Shown: piece after piece, positions 13,053-24,346 of the stretch
Layout: each line of letters opens with the position of its first letter
Numbering within the stretch: position 1 is the first letter of the stretch
Assembly (NCBI RefSeq): GCF_011386835.1
Contig: NC_088806.1
Span: 31,496,001 to 31,560,000 of the forward strand
Length of the DNA: 64,000 bases
Source: Chrysemys picta bellii
Taxonomy: Eukaryota
Reading direction: 5' to 3'
Made by a program: the position numbers and the translations under genes
The notes under the pieces: generated by a model
The model's input: the letters and a program-made list of their open reading frames with translations, nothing else
Database searches by the model: none
What the model was told of the DNA's origin: nothing

Positions 13053-16000
13053 CTGCAGGGGACAAAGTGCAAAGCCATTAGCGCTGTCAGAGCCAGAGGG
13101 CTGTGTTAGGCCTGAGCCATACTAAAAAGGTGGATCAACCCAACTACGTCGGTCAGGTCCCGCTTTGCGTTGCCTTGCAGAGAGAGCAGATCCTGCCTTA
13201 GACAGAGAGTTCTAGAGAGTTTGCATCCAGAAGTCACCCATGATATTACATCCCCAATCCCCCATCATCTCCAAATGGGCTAGAACCCCACAGCTGGCCT
13301 GGAGGCAAACTGCCCACACTGTGCCCTGGAGTTGATATCAGTGGGGTCATGCCAGTGCATGGCAGGCCCTGTGTTTTGAGGAGACCCTGGTCTCCTCTCC
13401 TGCCCCAGCTGCTTGGACCTCCTGACACAAAGCTCACCATGGTAATGTAGGTCGTGTCCGTTCTGCTCCCCAGCTCTGCCTCCTGCCCAGCCTGGAGCAT
13501 CTCAGCACAGAGTATGAGGGAGTAAATGCCTTCCTGCCAGGAAGATCAGAAAGAGACTCAGGCCCTGCGTGGCCTGTGACATGCCCGTTCCAGAGGCTCA
13601 TTTCAGCTGGTGAGCTCTCCAGAGCAGAACCAGGCAGCCTCTGTTTTGAGAGTTCCCAGCATCTGGTGGGCAGGATGATAGACAAACGCTGAATAGCTCA
13701 CCGGAGGGCCCAGCTCTGCTCCAAACTCCTCGGCCTGCTCCCCTCCCCACCCACTCAGACATGCTGGGCAAGGGGTGAAGGGGTCACTTGCCAACAGCTG
13801 TATCAAAGCAGCCACCAGGGTAACCTGCATTACAGTAAATAAAGTGCATGCTGGCCAGCGGAGTCCCCAGCCTGGCAGACTGATGCCCACTAACTTGTGA
13901 CAACCACCAACACCAGATGCTGCAGAGGGAGCTGTGTAAAGCCCTCAATACACATCCAATGGGGCAGTCCTCTCCTCTGGGGGGAAACACCTTCCTGACC
14001 CCAGTGAGCAGCTCATGCTCTGAAGCATGAGGATTGAGCACATTGATCAGCTTATCCTAGCTAGTGTCACTGCAGAGGCGACCCTTGTGCTGGCTAGGAT
14101 TCATACTAAACTCCTTGCCTTCATAGTACCTAGCGTCAAAAAAACCTTGCATCCTCTGATGAAAGCTGAACAAATAGATACAATGTTAGACAAAGTAAAG
14201 GGCCGGTTTATTCCTAATGGGACCCCCACAAACCCTGGGAATGAAAAGTCCTCACCTCCCACTGAAGTCTATTCATCTGTGGGTGTTCAGGGCCTCTGTA
14301 TCTTTAAGGCCAAAACAACACTTTACCCTTCTCTGGTGTTTGTCATCTGAGGACATCAAAGCACTTCACAGACATTCATTAATGAAGCCTCATGCATGTT
14401 AAGGCAGGATCATGTTCCCCATTTTGAAGACAGGGAAACTGAGGCACAGAAGTGACATGACTTGCCAAGGGGGCTAAAGTGGAACTAGAATCCCAGAGTC
14501 CTGGTTCCCATTGCCCCAGCCTAACCACTAGCTTACACTCCCTGCACTGCCCTTCCACTAGTTATATCGCACACAGTCGTCTGTTCTACAACGTAGCAGC
14601 TCTTCTCCCACGTCCCTCCGACACCACGATAAATCCTACACCAGTCCTGGGCTGCAACAGCAACAAAGCGGCTGGGACAGACCTTGTCCCCGGCCCCAAA
14701 CCTTCTGCTTTGAAAATAAAGCTCTCGCCTCTGCCTGGGCATTCAGGGAGCAGCAGGAGCCCATTAGCTCACTTTGCTCCATGGACATTCTCTCCTAATT
14801 AGGAGTCAGGGCAGGATGGAATTATCTGGGGTTAATTCCAATCACCTCCTAACTCACGCCAATTATACAGCAAAACAAAGGCCAGGCTTTCCTTACTGCC
14901 GTAGGCGTGTGTGAACAGGCGCATTCAGTGCCTGGGGCAGGCTGGATAGCAGCTCGGCTGTCCCGAATCCTCCTTTTATTTCAGGAACTACCCTCCAGAT
15001 TCTGGCGTTTCCCTGTGACAGGGTCCGGCAGCATTAGCCCCACTCAGCTTGGCAAGCAGAGACTGAGCTCTCACCTCTCCTTTATCCCGGCTGCCGTCGT
15101 CCCGACTCCTCGACAGGGGCCCGCTCTCCATAGGTCTGGAAGGAATGTCAATTGCATGCAGGTGAAGAGCTGTGCGGGCTCCCCCAGGAGCCGCCATCTC
15201 CACCCATCCCCTCCATAGCTGAGGGTGTTAATTCCAGAGCTAGTGCCTGGCTCTGTCTGCATTTCCCCTGACACTCTGGCCTTCCCATTGGTCAGGAACC
15301 CTTGGCGACAGAAAGGAGCAAGGAAAGGCCAAGTCCACTGCTCAGCCATTCCATACCGGTGAGTCTGGGCTTCTGCCCATGCTCAGGTGTGGAGGGACTC
15401 TCACTCTGAGTGACTGGCCTTGCATCTACCCCACACACCTTGGCCTCGCTGCAGCCTGTGGTGCACAGAAGTGCTCCAGCCCCATCTGCAATTGCTACAG
15501 CCAGGTGCAGCTCCCCCCATCCGCCTGGGCCACGCAGGGGCACATGGGCCAGGCTATTTGGGACCCCAGCACTCTGCCTCCCATCCCTATCAGACAGGAG
15601 ATCTGTCTGTGGAACCAGGGCAATGTGGGATCAGGCATGTCAAGAAGAGGACACCCCCTACCCTCCCTGCCAGTGCTCCTAGAAGAGGCGGGTTCGGCAG
15701 GGACCGAAGGAGCACGGTGTGGAACCCCGGGAGCAGCCCTGCACTGGTGAGAGAGGAGAGGGCAGGGCAAGCCCATCAGACACAACTGAGCCACCAGGGG
15801 GCAGCAGAGGATAGTGTGTGTGGTCACCCCAAGCTGTCACAGGCCAGGATTCCCCAGGTGCTGAAATTCACCCGCATCCCACCAGCAACCCCCTCTCCCA
15901 TCCTGGCCTGTGGCAGGAGATAACCACCAGGCAGGATGATGCCACACCCGCCCTGCAGCCGTGGGAGCCAGGACCTGTTACCTCTGCTTCTGGAGAAACT

Positions 16001-19000
16001 TCTTCAGCCCCAATCCCAACAAGAGGGCCAGGAAGGTGGTCGCACAGACATAGCCCAGGATGGCCCCCCAGCCACTGCTACCGGAGCTCTCAGAGTACTG
16101 GGCCCCGGCAAATCCGGACCCTTGGGGGGAGAGAGACACATGCTGCAGGGTTAGCGATGTCTCTGCCCCAGCACACTAGCCACCAGGAGTCAGTCTCTGC
16201 CCAGCCCATGCTGACGGATGCCCAATACTGGGAGGGGCACATCACCCCCAAAGGCATCCAGGGGAGGTGGCTGTCTCCTCCCCTTTGTAACAGATTGGTG
16301 AGTTCCCACAGGACTGGGGCAGAGATCCGTTCCCAGGGAGCATAGCACGGAGCCGGGCGGCTGCACAAACCCGGGGATTTCTGCCCCAGTTCTCACACTT
16401 GGTGGCAAACCGGCCCTGGTGAGCCAGCACCACACTCCTGCTTGCACATCACTGTGACTGCATAGGGCTGCAGACAGCATGACCCATGGGGCCCTCCCAA
16501 CACAGACCCATCCTGGGCCAGGCCAGACAGTAGCTGGCACTAGAGACGGAAGGGCAGGGAGGCACTTGGCTTGGGGAAGGGGAGGCTGCCCCAAGCAAAG
16601 GGGTGAACCGGTGAGGCTGCTGTGAAATTGACCGATAGCAATGGGGGGCGCATACCTCTCCGTCCAGCAGAGGCCACATGCAGCACCGTGTAGTTTTTGA
16701 AGACGCTGCTCCGCCCAAACACCCGGATCTCGCAGGTGTACGTCCCACTGTCGTCCGCCTGTACATCCTGCAGCCTCACAGAGCCGTTCTTGCGGGCCAC
16801 ATCCCCCAGCCACTGCACTCGGGGCCGGAAGCGTCCCACAGGAACGCTGTGGTTACTGTAGTAGTAGAAGACCATCTCCTCCTGCAAGGGGATATGGCTC
16901 GTCATGTGACCAAGATAAGGGTGACATGTGATTGGATGCCAAGACACTCCCAAGTGTGAACTTAGTTCCTCTGAATATCCTCCCCGTCTGCTGCTCCGCC
17001 TGGCACCCCCACCCATACGCCTCATCCTGCCCTGGCGGGACGCTCTTCCGGGGTGAGCGGTATCACAGCCTAGGTCCCACTGGCTCTCTGCTGAAAGGCC
17101 CAACAAGGGGTCAGTCAGTCCCAGTTGATATGGTGGATTCTGTAACTTGAGCACCTAGGAACTGGGCTGAGGTGCATCAAAATCGCCTCACCCAGCGACC
17201 TCGGCGCAGCCGTCGGCCGGGAACAGCCTCTCTCCCGCCCAGCGACCTCGGCGCAGCCGTCGGCCGGGAACAGCCTCTCTCCTGCCCAGCGACCTCGGCG
17301 CAGCCGTCGGCCGTGAACAGCCTCTCTCCCGCCCAGCGACCTCGGCCGTGAACAGCCTCTCTCCCGCCCAGCGACCTCGGCGCAGCCGTCGGCCGGGAAC
17401 AGCCTCTCTCCCGCAGCGACCTCGGCACAGCCGTCGGCTGGGAACAGCCTCTCTCCCGCAGCGACCTCGGCACAGCCGTCGGCTGGGAACAGCCTCTCTC
17501 CCGCAGCGACCTCGGCACAGCCGTCGGCTGGGAACAGCCTCTCCCCCCTGGGCTGAGTTGGATTTCCAGCTCCCTTAGAAATTGCTGCTCTCTCTAAGCT
17601 GGATGGGATGAACGCTATCTCGGCCCCCAGGCGTCCCATTTGCCCTGGACCTGGGGTGCTCCCCTGGGCCTTTCCCGGCGATTGGACTCACCACCTGAGT
17701 ACTGTTTTCCGGCATATGTATCCAGTCCACTTTGGTCACATTCCAGTCCCCTGGCACCAGGCTTTGGAAGAAACATTCCAGCAGGACAGAGTCCCCTAGG
17801 CGAGCCTTCAGCTTGGGGCAAGTGATGACCCGGCCAGCCAACACGCCACCGTTCTCTGCAGGCACCAAGGAAGGAAGAGGGATGAGCCCAGAACTGAAGA
17901 ATCCAGCACAGTGCAGAGAACAGCAGTGCTGCCTGGGCCTGCTCATCCTCGAGACATCCCTTCCAACCCAGAGACCAACCCCCTCCCCGCATCCAGCCTG
18001 GCAGACCCTGCTCCCTTCCCACAGGCAGGGCCCTTCCCCACCCTCTGACTGCACAAAATGCTGCACTCCTAAACCAGCTCCTTCACAAAACGTCACCAAG
18101 ACCTGGGGAGCCAGGGCAGTTCCTTCCCGCCAGAGGGAGGGTCCATGCAGCTGTTCCACTGCCAGAGCCAGCCCTGGGGCCAAGTCTCCCCAGGCTGCTG
18201 GTAGAGTCATAGAGCCTCCCGACCGGGACATCAGAGCCAGCAGAGCGGGCTTTCCTTCTCTGCCCTCCCAGCAGCACCAGAGCGGGAGCCCTCGGACCGG
18301 GTCGGTGGAGGTGAGGGGCATTTCAAAGGACTGGAAGCAACGTCACGTGCAGGCCCACTGCTTTGCACACGTCACAGCTTGTTACGCCCAGACTGGGGCC
18401 TTGTCCCTCCACAGCCTGAAGCCAGGGTGATGCCATGATGGCCTGCTGCTAACCTGGCCTCTGGGAAGTGGGCAGAGCTGAGGATGAAGTGCTAGGTCTG
18501 CTATTGCCCCCCTAATGGGCATGGCCTCCCCTAGGGCCATGCTTCCGATTCACGCCTCGTACCCTCCATGGCAAGGGCCCGTGGTGCAGCCAAGACACAA
18601 ACTAAATGCTTCTGGCCCAGCCATTCCTCAGGACAGGCTCATTGCCGCGAGCCCCCAGCACTGCTGCCCTGGCACCTCGCCCTGGGAAGATCCCTTTTAC
18701 CAAGTCTTAGGGGTGGAGGGGTGTCAAAAACTGCACCCCAGGATTCATACTGGGCTTGCGCCAGCTGGGACAGGACGAGGCCACTTCGCTCTGCTCCACG
18801 GCGGCAGTCTTAGCGCTGCCAGTCCAGACATTCCAGCTAAGCCGGGCAGTGCAGCCCCACAGGGCCGGTTCTCCCAGCAGGGGAATCCCAGCCTCACTTC
18901 CTGTCGGCGGAGGCACGTCTGCATGGAACAGGCAGTAGGAAATCACTCCTCGCACGAGCCCCAGCCATGTTGCTCTTTTGAAGCAGAGGGCTCTGGTTCC

Positions 19001-19793
19001 TCATGAATGGCTTTCGTGTACCACTGCCTATCACAGAGTATCTGAGCACTCACACTCTAACGCAGTTCCCCTCCCAGCCCCCCAGGGAGGCAGGGCAGGG
19101 CTATTATCTCCATTGTGCAGAGGGAAACTGACACAGAGACTAAGTGACTGGCCCAAGGTCCCATAGGAAGTCTGTGGCAGAGCAGGGATTTGAACCCAGG
19201 TCCCTAGGTCTTAAACTAGTGCTCTGACCACTGGACTGGCCTTGCATCCTTGTGACGAGGATCATTCCAGCACCCTGAGCCTGGCATAGCACCAGGGCAT
19301 CGGCTGCATTTTGTGTGTGAATGTCCGTTCTCACAGCGCTTCCCTGTTTGCTTCCCCACCCCCGGCCCTGAAGCTCTCAGACCCAGCTGGCTGTGTCCTC
19401 GGCTTGTTTGCACAAGCAGTGACACAGCTATTGCTCAGAAGGCTGCTGGAGAACCCTGGCAGAGGAAACGAATGGAGCCGCGTCAGCATGTCCCGGCCTA
19501 CGCTGGCACAAAGCGCAAGCTGGAGACCCGAGGCACAGGAGGGGTACATGACTTGCCCCAGGCCACACTGACTCAGTAGCAGGCCTAGAAGAGTTCCAGG
19601 CTCCCAGACCCATGAGCTCCCTCACAGTGGATGGCCTGGGCTCTGAAATTCGCTGTCATGGGGATCTCTAAGCAAAGGGAGGGGAAAGCAGGCAGTGTTT
19701 CCAGGGGTGCAGGCGAGGGGGGCAAAAGCAGGATCTCCGCTTACCCAGTGACATCAGTATCCGCATGAGCGTCAGGGCAAGTACCATTCTCAT
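12819..19793 (-). CDS. JAML: Junction adhesion molecule-like (JAML/AMICA1) orthologue, 7 coding exons, 322 aa, single IgV domain
   Basis: Syntenic position between SCN2B and MPZL3. Similarity to human JAML: EMVFYYYSNHSVPVGRF vs EYVLYYYSNLSVPIGRF; YTCEIR; TM GYVCATTFL vs GIVCATILL; IYSLI...TYITM vs IYSPI...TYMTM. CDS 49+164+226+139+61+96+234 = 969 nt with consistent phases. Confidence 0.9.
13438..13533 (-). CDS. JAML: JAML cytoplasmic exon with YxxM motif (96 bp)
   Basis: Acceptor tcttcctggcAG, donor ATG|GTGAGC; encodes EGIYSLILCAEMLQAGQEAELGSRTDTTYITM. Confidence 0.88.
14340..14531 (-). mobile_element. MIR/CORE-SINE-like relic
   Basis: cccattttgaagacagggaaactgaggcacagaagtgacatgacttgccaag resembles the CORE domain. 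Confidence 0.7.
15075..15135 (-). CDS. JAML: JAML juxtamembrane cytoplasmic exon (61 bp)
   Basis: Acceptor attccttccAG, donor GAG|GTGAGA; phase 2 to 0 links the flanking exons; encodes (R)PMESGPLSRSRDDGSRDKGE. Confidence 0.8.
15791..15804 (+). promoter_or_regulatory. Candidate CTCF-binding site in a JAML intron
   Basis: CCACCAGGGGGCAG matches the CTCF core consensus CCASYAGRKGGCRS. Motif only. Confidence 0.5.
15982..16120 (-). CDS. JAML: JAML transmembrane exon (139 bp)
   Basis: Acceptor tctctccccccaAG, donor AG|GTAACA; encodes (G)SGFAGAQYSESSGSSGWGAILGYVCATTFLALLLGLGLKKFLQKQ. Confidence 0.9.
16656..16881 (-). CDS. JAML: JAML IgV second-half exon (226 bp)
   Basis: Acceptor cccttgcAG, donor G|GTATGC; encodes EEMVFYYYSNHSVPVGRFRPRVQWLGDVARKNGSVRLQDVQADDSGTYTCEIRVFGRSSVFKNYTVLHVASAGRR. 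Confidence 0.93.
17194..17545. repeat. CpG-rich minisatellite, about 8 units (47,47,47,35,45,45,45, partial)
   Basis: Unit agcgacctcggcgcagccgtcggccgggaacagcctctctcccgccc, starting at 17194, 17241, 17288, 17335, 17370, 17415, 17460 and 17505. Confidence 0.95.
17692..17855 (-). CDS. JAML: JAML IgV first-half exon (164 bp; alternative donor would end it at 17695)
   Basis: Acceptor ggtgcctgcAG; encodes (E)NGGVLAGRVITCPKLKARLGDSVLLECFFQSLVPGDWNVTKVDWIHMPENSTQV; donor GTG|GTGAGT. Confidence 0.88.
19020..19236 (-). mobile_element. MIR/CORE-SINE-like relic
   Basis: agggaaactgacacagagactaagtgactggcccaaggtc...gggatttgaacccagg. Confidence 0.7.
19745..19793 (-). CDS. JAML: JAML signal-peptide exon (49 bp coding; preceded by a splice acceptor, implying an upstream non-coding exon)
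   Basis: ctctcccctttttAG AGTGAA ATG; encodes MRMVLALTLMRILMSL; donor G|GTAAGC at 19744; phase 1. Confidence 0.85.
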
Positions 19794-22629
19794 TTCACTC
19801 TAAAAAGGGGAGAGACAAGTTAACACCAGCTGCATGGGCCCCTGCTCTCTCCAGGGGATGCACAGCACCTTAGGCACAGCCTTGGCCCAAGCTTTAACAA
19901 GACGCACACCTGAACCATGGCAAAGCAGGTGCCAGGTGGCAGGGGACTTTCTGGTGACTGCGCTATTGCGTTGGTACAAACTCCCTTTAGGTGACAGGCA
20001 GGGCTAGAAACCACCCCAGTGAAACCCCAGAGAGTAGAGCTCCCACCTTCGGGAGCAGTTCCCTCCATCACTCTGTCTAGTAATTGTATCACAGCCACAT
20101 CCCAGCCTATCGCCCACAAGAAGGTGATTCGGAGATGAACTAGGTTGCTGGACTGACACTTCCTTTGCTTTCACTGAGATGGATTGACCTATAAATCCCT
20201 GAGGCTGAGGGAGTAGTTTAATGAATCCACCAAGTCCCAGCCATTACAACACTCTTTGAAAACCAAGAGGCAGCTGTCAGATACGTTTCTGGTTTGAGAC
20301 AACTCTGAGCTATGTGAAGGGGAAGTTGACGAGAGCTCATGCTCTGGTTTTAAAATTTCCTTTTGTGTAATGAACTTTGAGCTTGGTTTGAGGCCTAAGG
20401 TTTCTGTAGAAATAGGAGGTGGTTAGGTTGGGTTCGTTCACAGATGCTGAGGGAGGTAATAGGAAGTAAGTGTTTGTCTGAAGATTAAGGCGTCTGGATT
20501 GTTAATATCAGCATAATCTCCCTGTTAAAGAGTGCTCCGGAAAAGTCTGAGCCCCCCTCAATGCGGTCAGATCACACAGTAACACCTTTAGTCACTAGCA
20601 ACAAGGGCTGATTTCAAACAGTGTAAACCTCTATAAGGAGAACTTCTTTTGGGACCCCTGAAATGTCCCATTTTTTACTAAATGAATAAAAAATTGTAAT
20701 AATGACTGAAAGTTTGTTCCAGCTGCATTTCTGCATCAGACAGAATTAGCTCTGTGTTTACAGGCACAAATCAGTGGAAGAAGCATTCAGTGTGACACTG
20801 TGTTCCAAGCGAAGAGAAAAGCTGAATGAATGCAGGTACACTCAGAGCTGCGCTTTTGCTCAGCATCTGATGAACTCTTTAAGAACAAGAAGTTCTTGGG
20901 AAAAAATCCTCCAGTCTGTGAAATACACACGAGTGTCGCTATTGCCAGCTTTGGATTCAACAGTAAGAATAGCAAACTAGACACATACAACACATGCACA
21001 GTCTCTTGTGTGAGAATTTTGTTACTCTAAAAACTGTCACCACTAAATCAGCCTGTTTTTTATTTTGAAAATCTTCTCCCTTTCTGTCTCTCATTCCTGC
21101 GGCCCTGGACAAGCCAGTGCCCCTAAAACAAATTTCAATATGATTTTGAGATGGGGTTTATCAATCCCCAAGAAACAGGGATGCTAATGAAAAGGAGCTA
21201 GAGTAAACCTGCCTCGTGTAGTAGATTTAAAGTAAAGTCGTGTTTATTCCTGACCGCTCTCAGAGAATAAAAATCACTGCTTTCAGCACTGGTGCAGTAG
21301 GAAGCAACGAGTGACCAGTCCGAGGTATTTAGATGGCAAGGATGGCAAGCTCTGTGAGGCAGAGACTGTCTCCTTTGTGCTCTGCAGAGCTGAACACCCA
21401 AACAACAGTAACCAGTGAACATGGATGGTACACACCTGGGGATGTAAGAGAGAGTGTGTTGGCTGTATGCATGTGCTATGGAATGGTCTGAAATGATAAA
21501 ATGCTGGGATAGTACAAAACCAATCGGGAGAGGAAAATTCCACACCCAGTCTGCGGATCCTCACTACAAAGGATTTCACCTCTTCTCACAGACAGACATC
21601 GCTGCAGATTTCTTTTCCTCATGCAACTGTAGTTGCACAGCTCCGTGAAAACTGATAAAGCCCCTGCAGCTCCCGGAATGGAACCCAGAGCCATCACCAG
21701 CTGCCAATGATGCAAAATTGCTTTTGAGATTGAGAAATGAAGACTTTCCAAGCTGCTCAAGTGCTTGGCTAAATACAATGGTATAAATGGACCCTGCCTT
21801 CCATTGTCCTCTGTGTGTTTGTAGAATCAAAGTCCAGCTAGCAGTAGCAAGGACCTCTGTAATTCTCCTTGCTTGTGCTTCTCAGTAAAGAAATGTTTGT
21901 AAAAAGAATTAAGTATTTAGAATCTGCCTATTACAGTTCTGCCTGAGAGGTCTAGCCTGCACTCAGGGCTTGCTTGGAGCATGTGTTGTACATACGTATG
22001 ATAAACAAAGCAAAACTTCATGCACACAGCTCCAAAATCCCTGGCTGCAGCATTCCCAGTGCAGGTTGGTCACGCTCCTCCTAATTCTCATGTGGGGCTA
22101 GATTGTCATAACAACCTCTCCAGTTAAGCACTTAAATAGGGGACAAGTTTCCAGAAGTGCTCACTATCCAGCAGTTCCTATCGTGACACTTATGGACAGA
22201 GTTTCAAAACATCTCAGCACCTAACAGGCCCCCAATCACTGAGCTCATTGGAGAATCTGACTCTTAGCATCACCAAATCCTCCATGTATTTATTACCTTA
22301 TTACTCAGAATCCCATCACTGACTCAGTTTAAGTATTTCCGCACAGCAAATCTGGCAGCAGGTGCTGTGTGTTGCAACTGACAATGGAGTTAGCTCATTG
22401 GGGTTCTGTCAAGTACATTATGACACTAAGATATCACAATCCTTCCATGGTATAATTGTCCCTCGCAAGAACCTTAACTCAATGGATTTGGAACCAACAG
22501 TGCCCTTCTGTTCTCCTGCTATTGAGCACTGGGAGCTTTCAGCTGCTAGGTAGCTGAGCTCAGAGCATTTAAACATTCCCGACCTCTGCTCTCAGAAAGA
22601 AAATGAATACAAATTATTCAGACACTCAC

Positions 22630-22720
22630 CAGAGAGTTTGTAGCAGACCTCCAGCTTCTCACGCAAAGTGTCCTCCGCTGACTAATTCAGAGACCTACAG
22701 AGCTTCTATGATGGCCTAAG
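22630..22720 (-). other. Candidate non-coding first exon of JAML (only the donor is located; 5' end unknown)
   Basis: Strong donor CTG|GTGAGT at 22629, the best match seen upstream of the ATG exon acceptor. No transcript evidence. Confidence 0.3.
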
Positions 22721-23359
22721 CGAATCAGATGCTTGAGGTTGCACGTGCGGGATTTATAACGTAGTCTGTTTCAGATCTATTTGTTCCATTTGCAGGGAGA
22801 TGGTCGCTTTAAAGTTAAAAGGGGAAGGTGCTAACAATCAGAAGGCAGACAGGGTTTTGGTGAACAAAGGGGAAGAGGATTGTAGACAGATACTTGTAGA
22901 TACACACAGCACTCACATTACCAGAGGAAAACCTGCTAATCACTACTTAGAACGTGCCTGAAATCCAAACTTTTAATCACAGCAGACCGCTCCAATCAAA
23001 TTTACTAAACATATCCTCTTAATGGGGCCACAGATCCTCAAAATTCAGCTCCCTGGCCTCCCCTTACTCTTAGCCTGAGCTCCTGGGACAAAATAAGTTA
23101 TAAAATAACCAGCTCAAGGAGGGATGAGGCTCAGAACCCCAACGCAGACGGTCGCTGTATGAATAGTATAGCCCAGCTTATGTCTTTGTGCCAAGAAGCC
23201 GCTATTTAAATGCTAACTTTTATGAAGTCATGTGTTTGATGTCATGCCACTCGCTTTACTGTTTAGATTCTGACTGGAAAGGCAGGATACTTGGCATACA
23301 CAGTTATCTGCTCTGTTGACAATTACCTTCCCCACCCTGACTCCCAATTTCAACAGCAC

Positions 23360-24346
23360 TGTAATCGGGGTCCTAGTGGGGAGCCAACTATGGTCACTCA
23401 ATTAGGGTGAACTGCAAAGAATGGGGCAGATAATCCTCATAAAACTGGTGGATATTCCAATACTTAGATTTACCAACCAGCACAAAACAGCTTCTTTATT
23501 ACCTTACTGGTTACTCAGAAGTTCAAACACCACAGTTCCCTCAGGCCCCCATCCAGGTGCACACGTCAAGTATGGTGAAAATTTCTGTAAAACTTATTTC
23601 CTCATATAAAAAAAAGGGTTCTACCAATCCCAAAGGATCTGACACATTAACTCCCAGGTTAATGAATATTCCAGATCTTACCCAAATACACGCTACAGCC
23701 CATTCTTATTAAACTAAACTTTATTAAAAAACAAGAGAGAGTCTGTTAAAAGTTCAATACGCATACAGACATGAGTTCAATTTATTGAGGTTCAGATTCA
23801 TAGCAGAGATGGTGAGCTTTGTAGTTGCAAAGAGTTCTTTCAGAAATAGTTCATAGGTCCAATGTCCAAAATCATATTCAGGGCATACCAGCATAATTGG
23901 GACCTCAATCTTGTGCCTCAAACTTCCCCTGATGAAGCCTAAGCAGATCTGTGATGACAGAATCAGGACCCAATGATCTTTTGTACAATTTCATGTCTTT
24001 TGACAAGTTGGAGTTCAAAAGGTAATTAGCATGACTTTGAAGGAGGTCCATCACCAGTACTTAGCTGTAGAATTAACATAAAGCCATTTGCTTGTTCCTC
24101 CACCATTCACAGATTATTTTCTATACATTTCAAAAAGAGAGATGACTACAGAGATATCCTGTGTTTAAAATTTATTTAAATGATAGGATGTTCTTTTGAC
24201 TTGAACTATCAGAATACAGCACAGACAGGGACTGTGGATTACATCTTGACCCTACTCATACATATGTAAATACACAAAAACACAAGTTATCTCCCCATGT
24301 CTTGAGTTTTTGCAGGATGTTTAACCCTTTCTGGCCATGCGTCACA
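23360..24346. mobile_element. Solo LTR (about 987 bp; Gypsy or ERV type)
   Basis: TG...CA termini (tgtaatcggg...catgcgtcaca); 5-bp flanks AGCAC (23355-23359) and AACAC (24347-24351) are a TSD with one mismatch; AT-rich; no internal ORF. Confidence 0.7.

Noticed and set aside
16121-16655. Exons for a second JAML Ig domain
   Set aside because: No Ig-like motifs in the minus-strand frames, and the flanking exons already join in phase.
17115-17639. ORF with repeated ERLFPADGCAEVAAG, and an array that could be mistaken for CRISPR
   Set aside because: It is a head-to-tail minisatellite with no unique spacers, located inside a JAML intron in a eukaryote.
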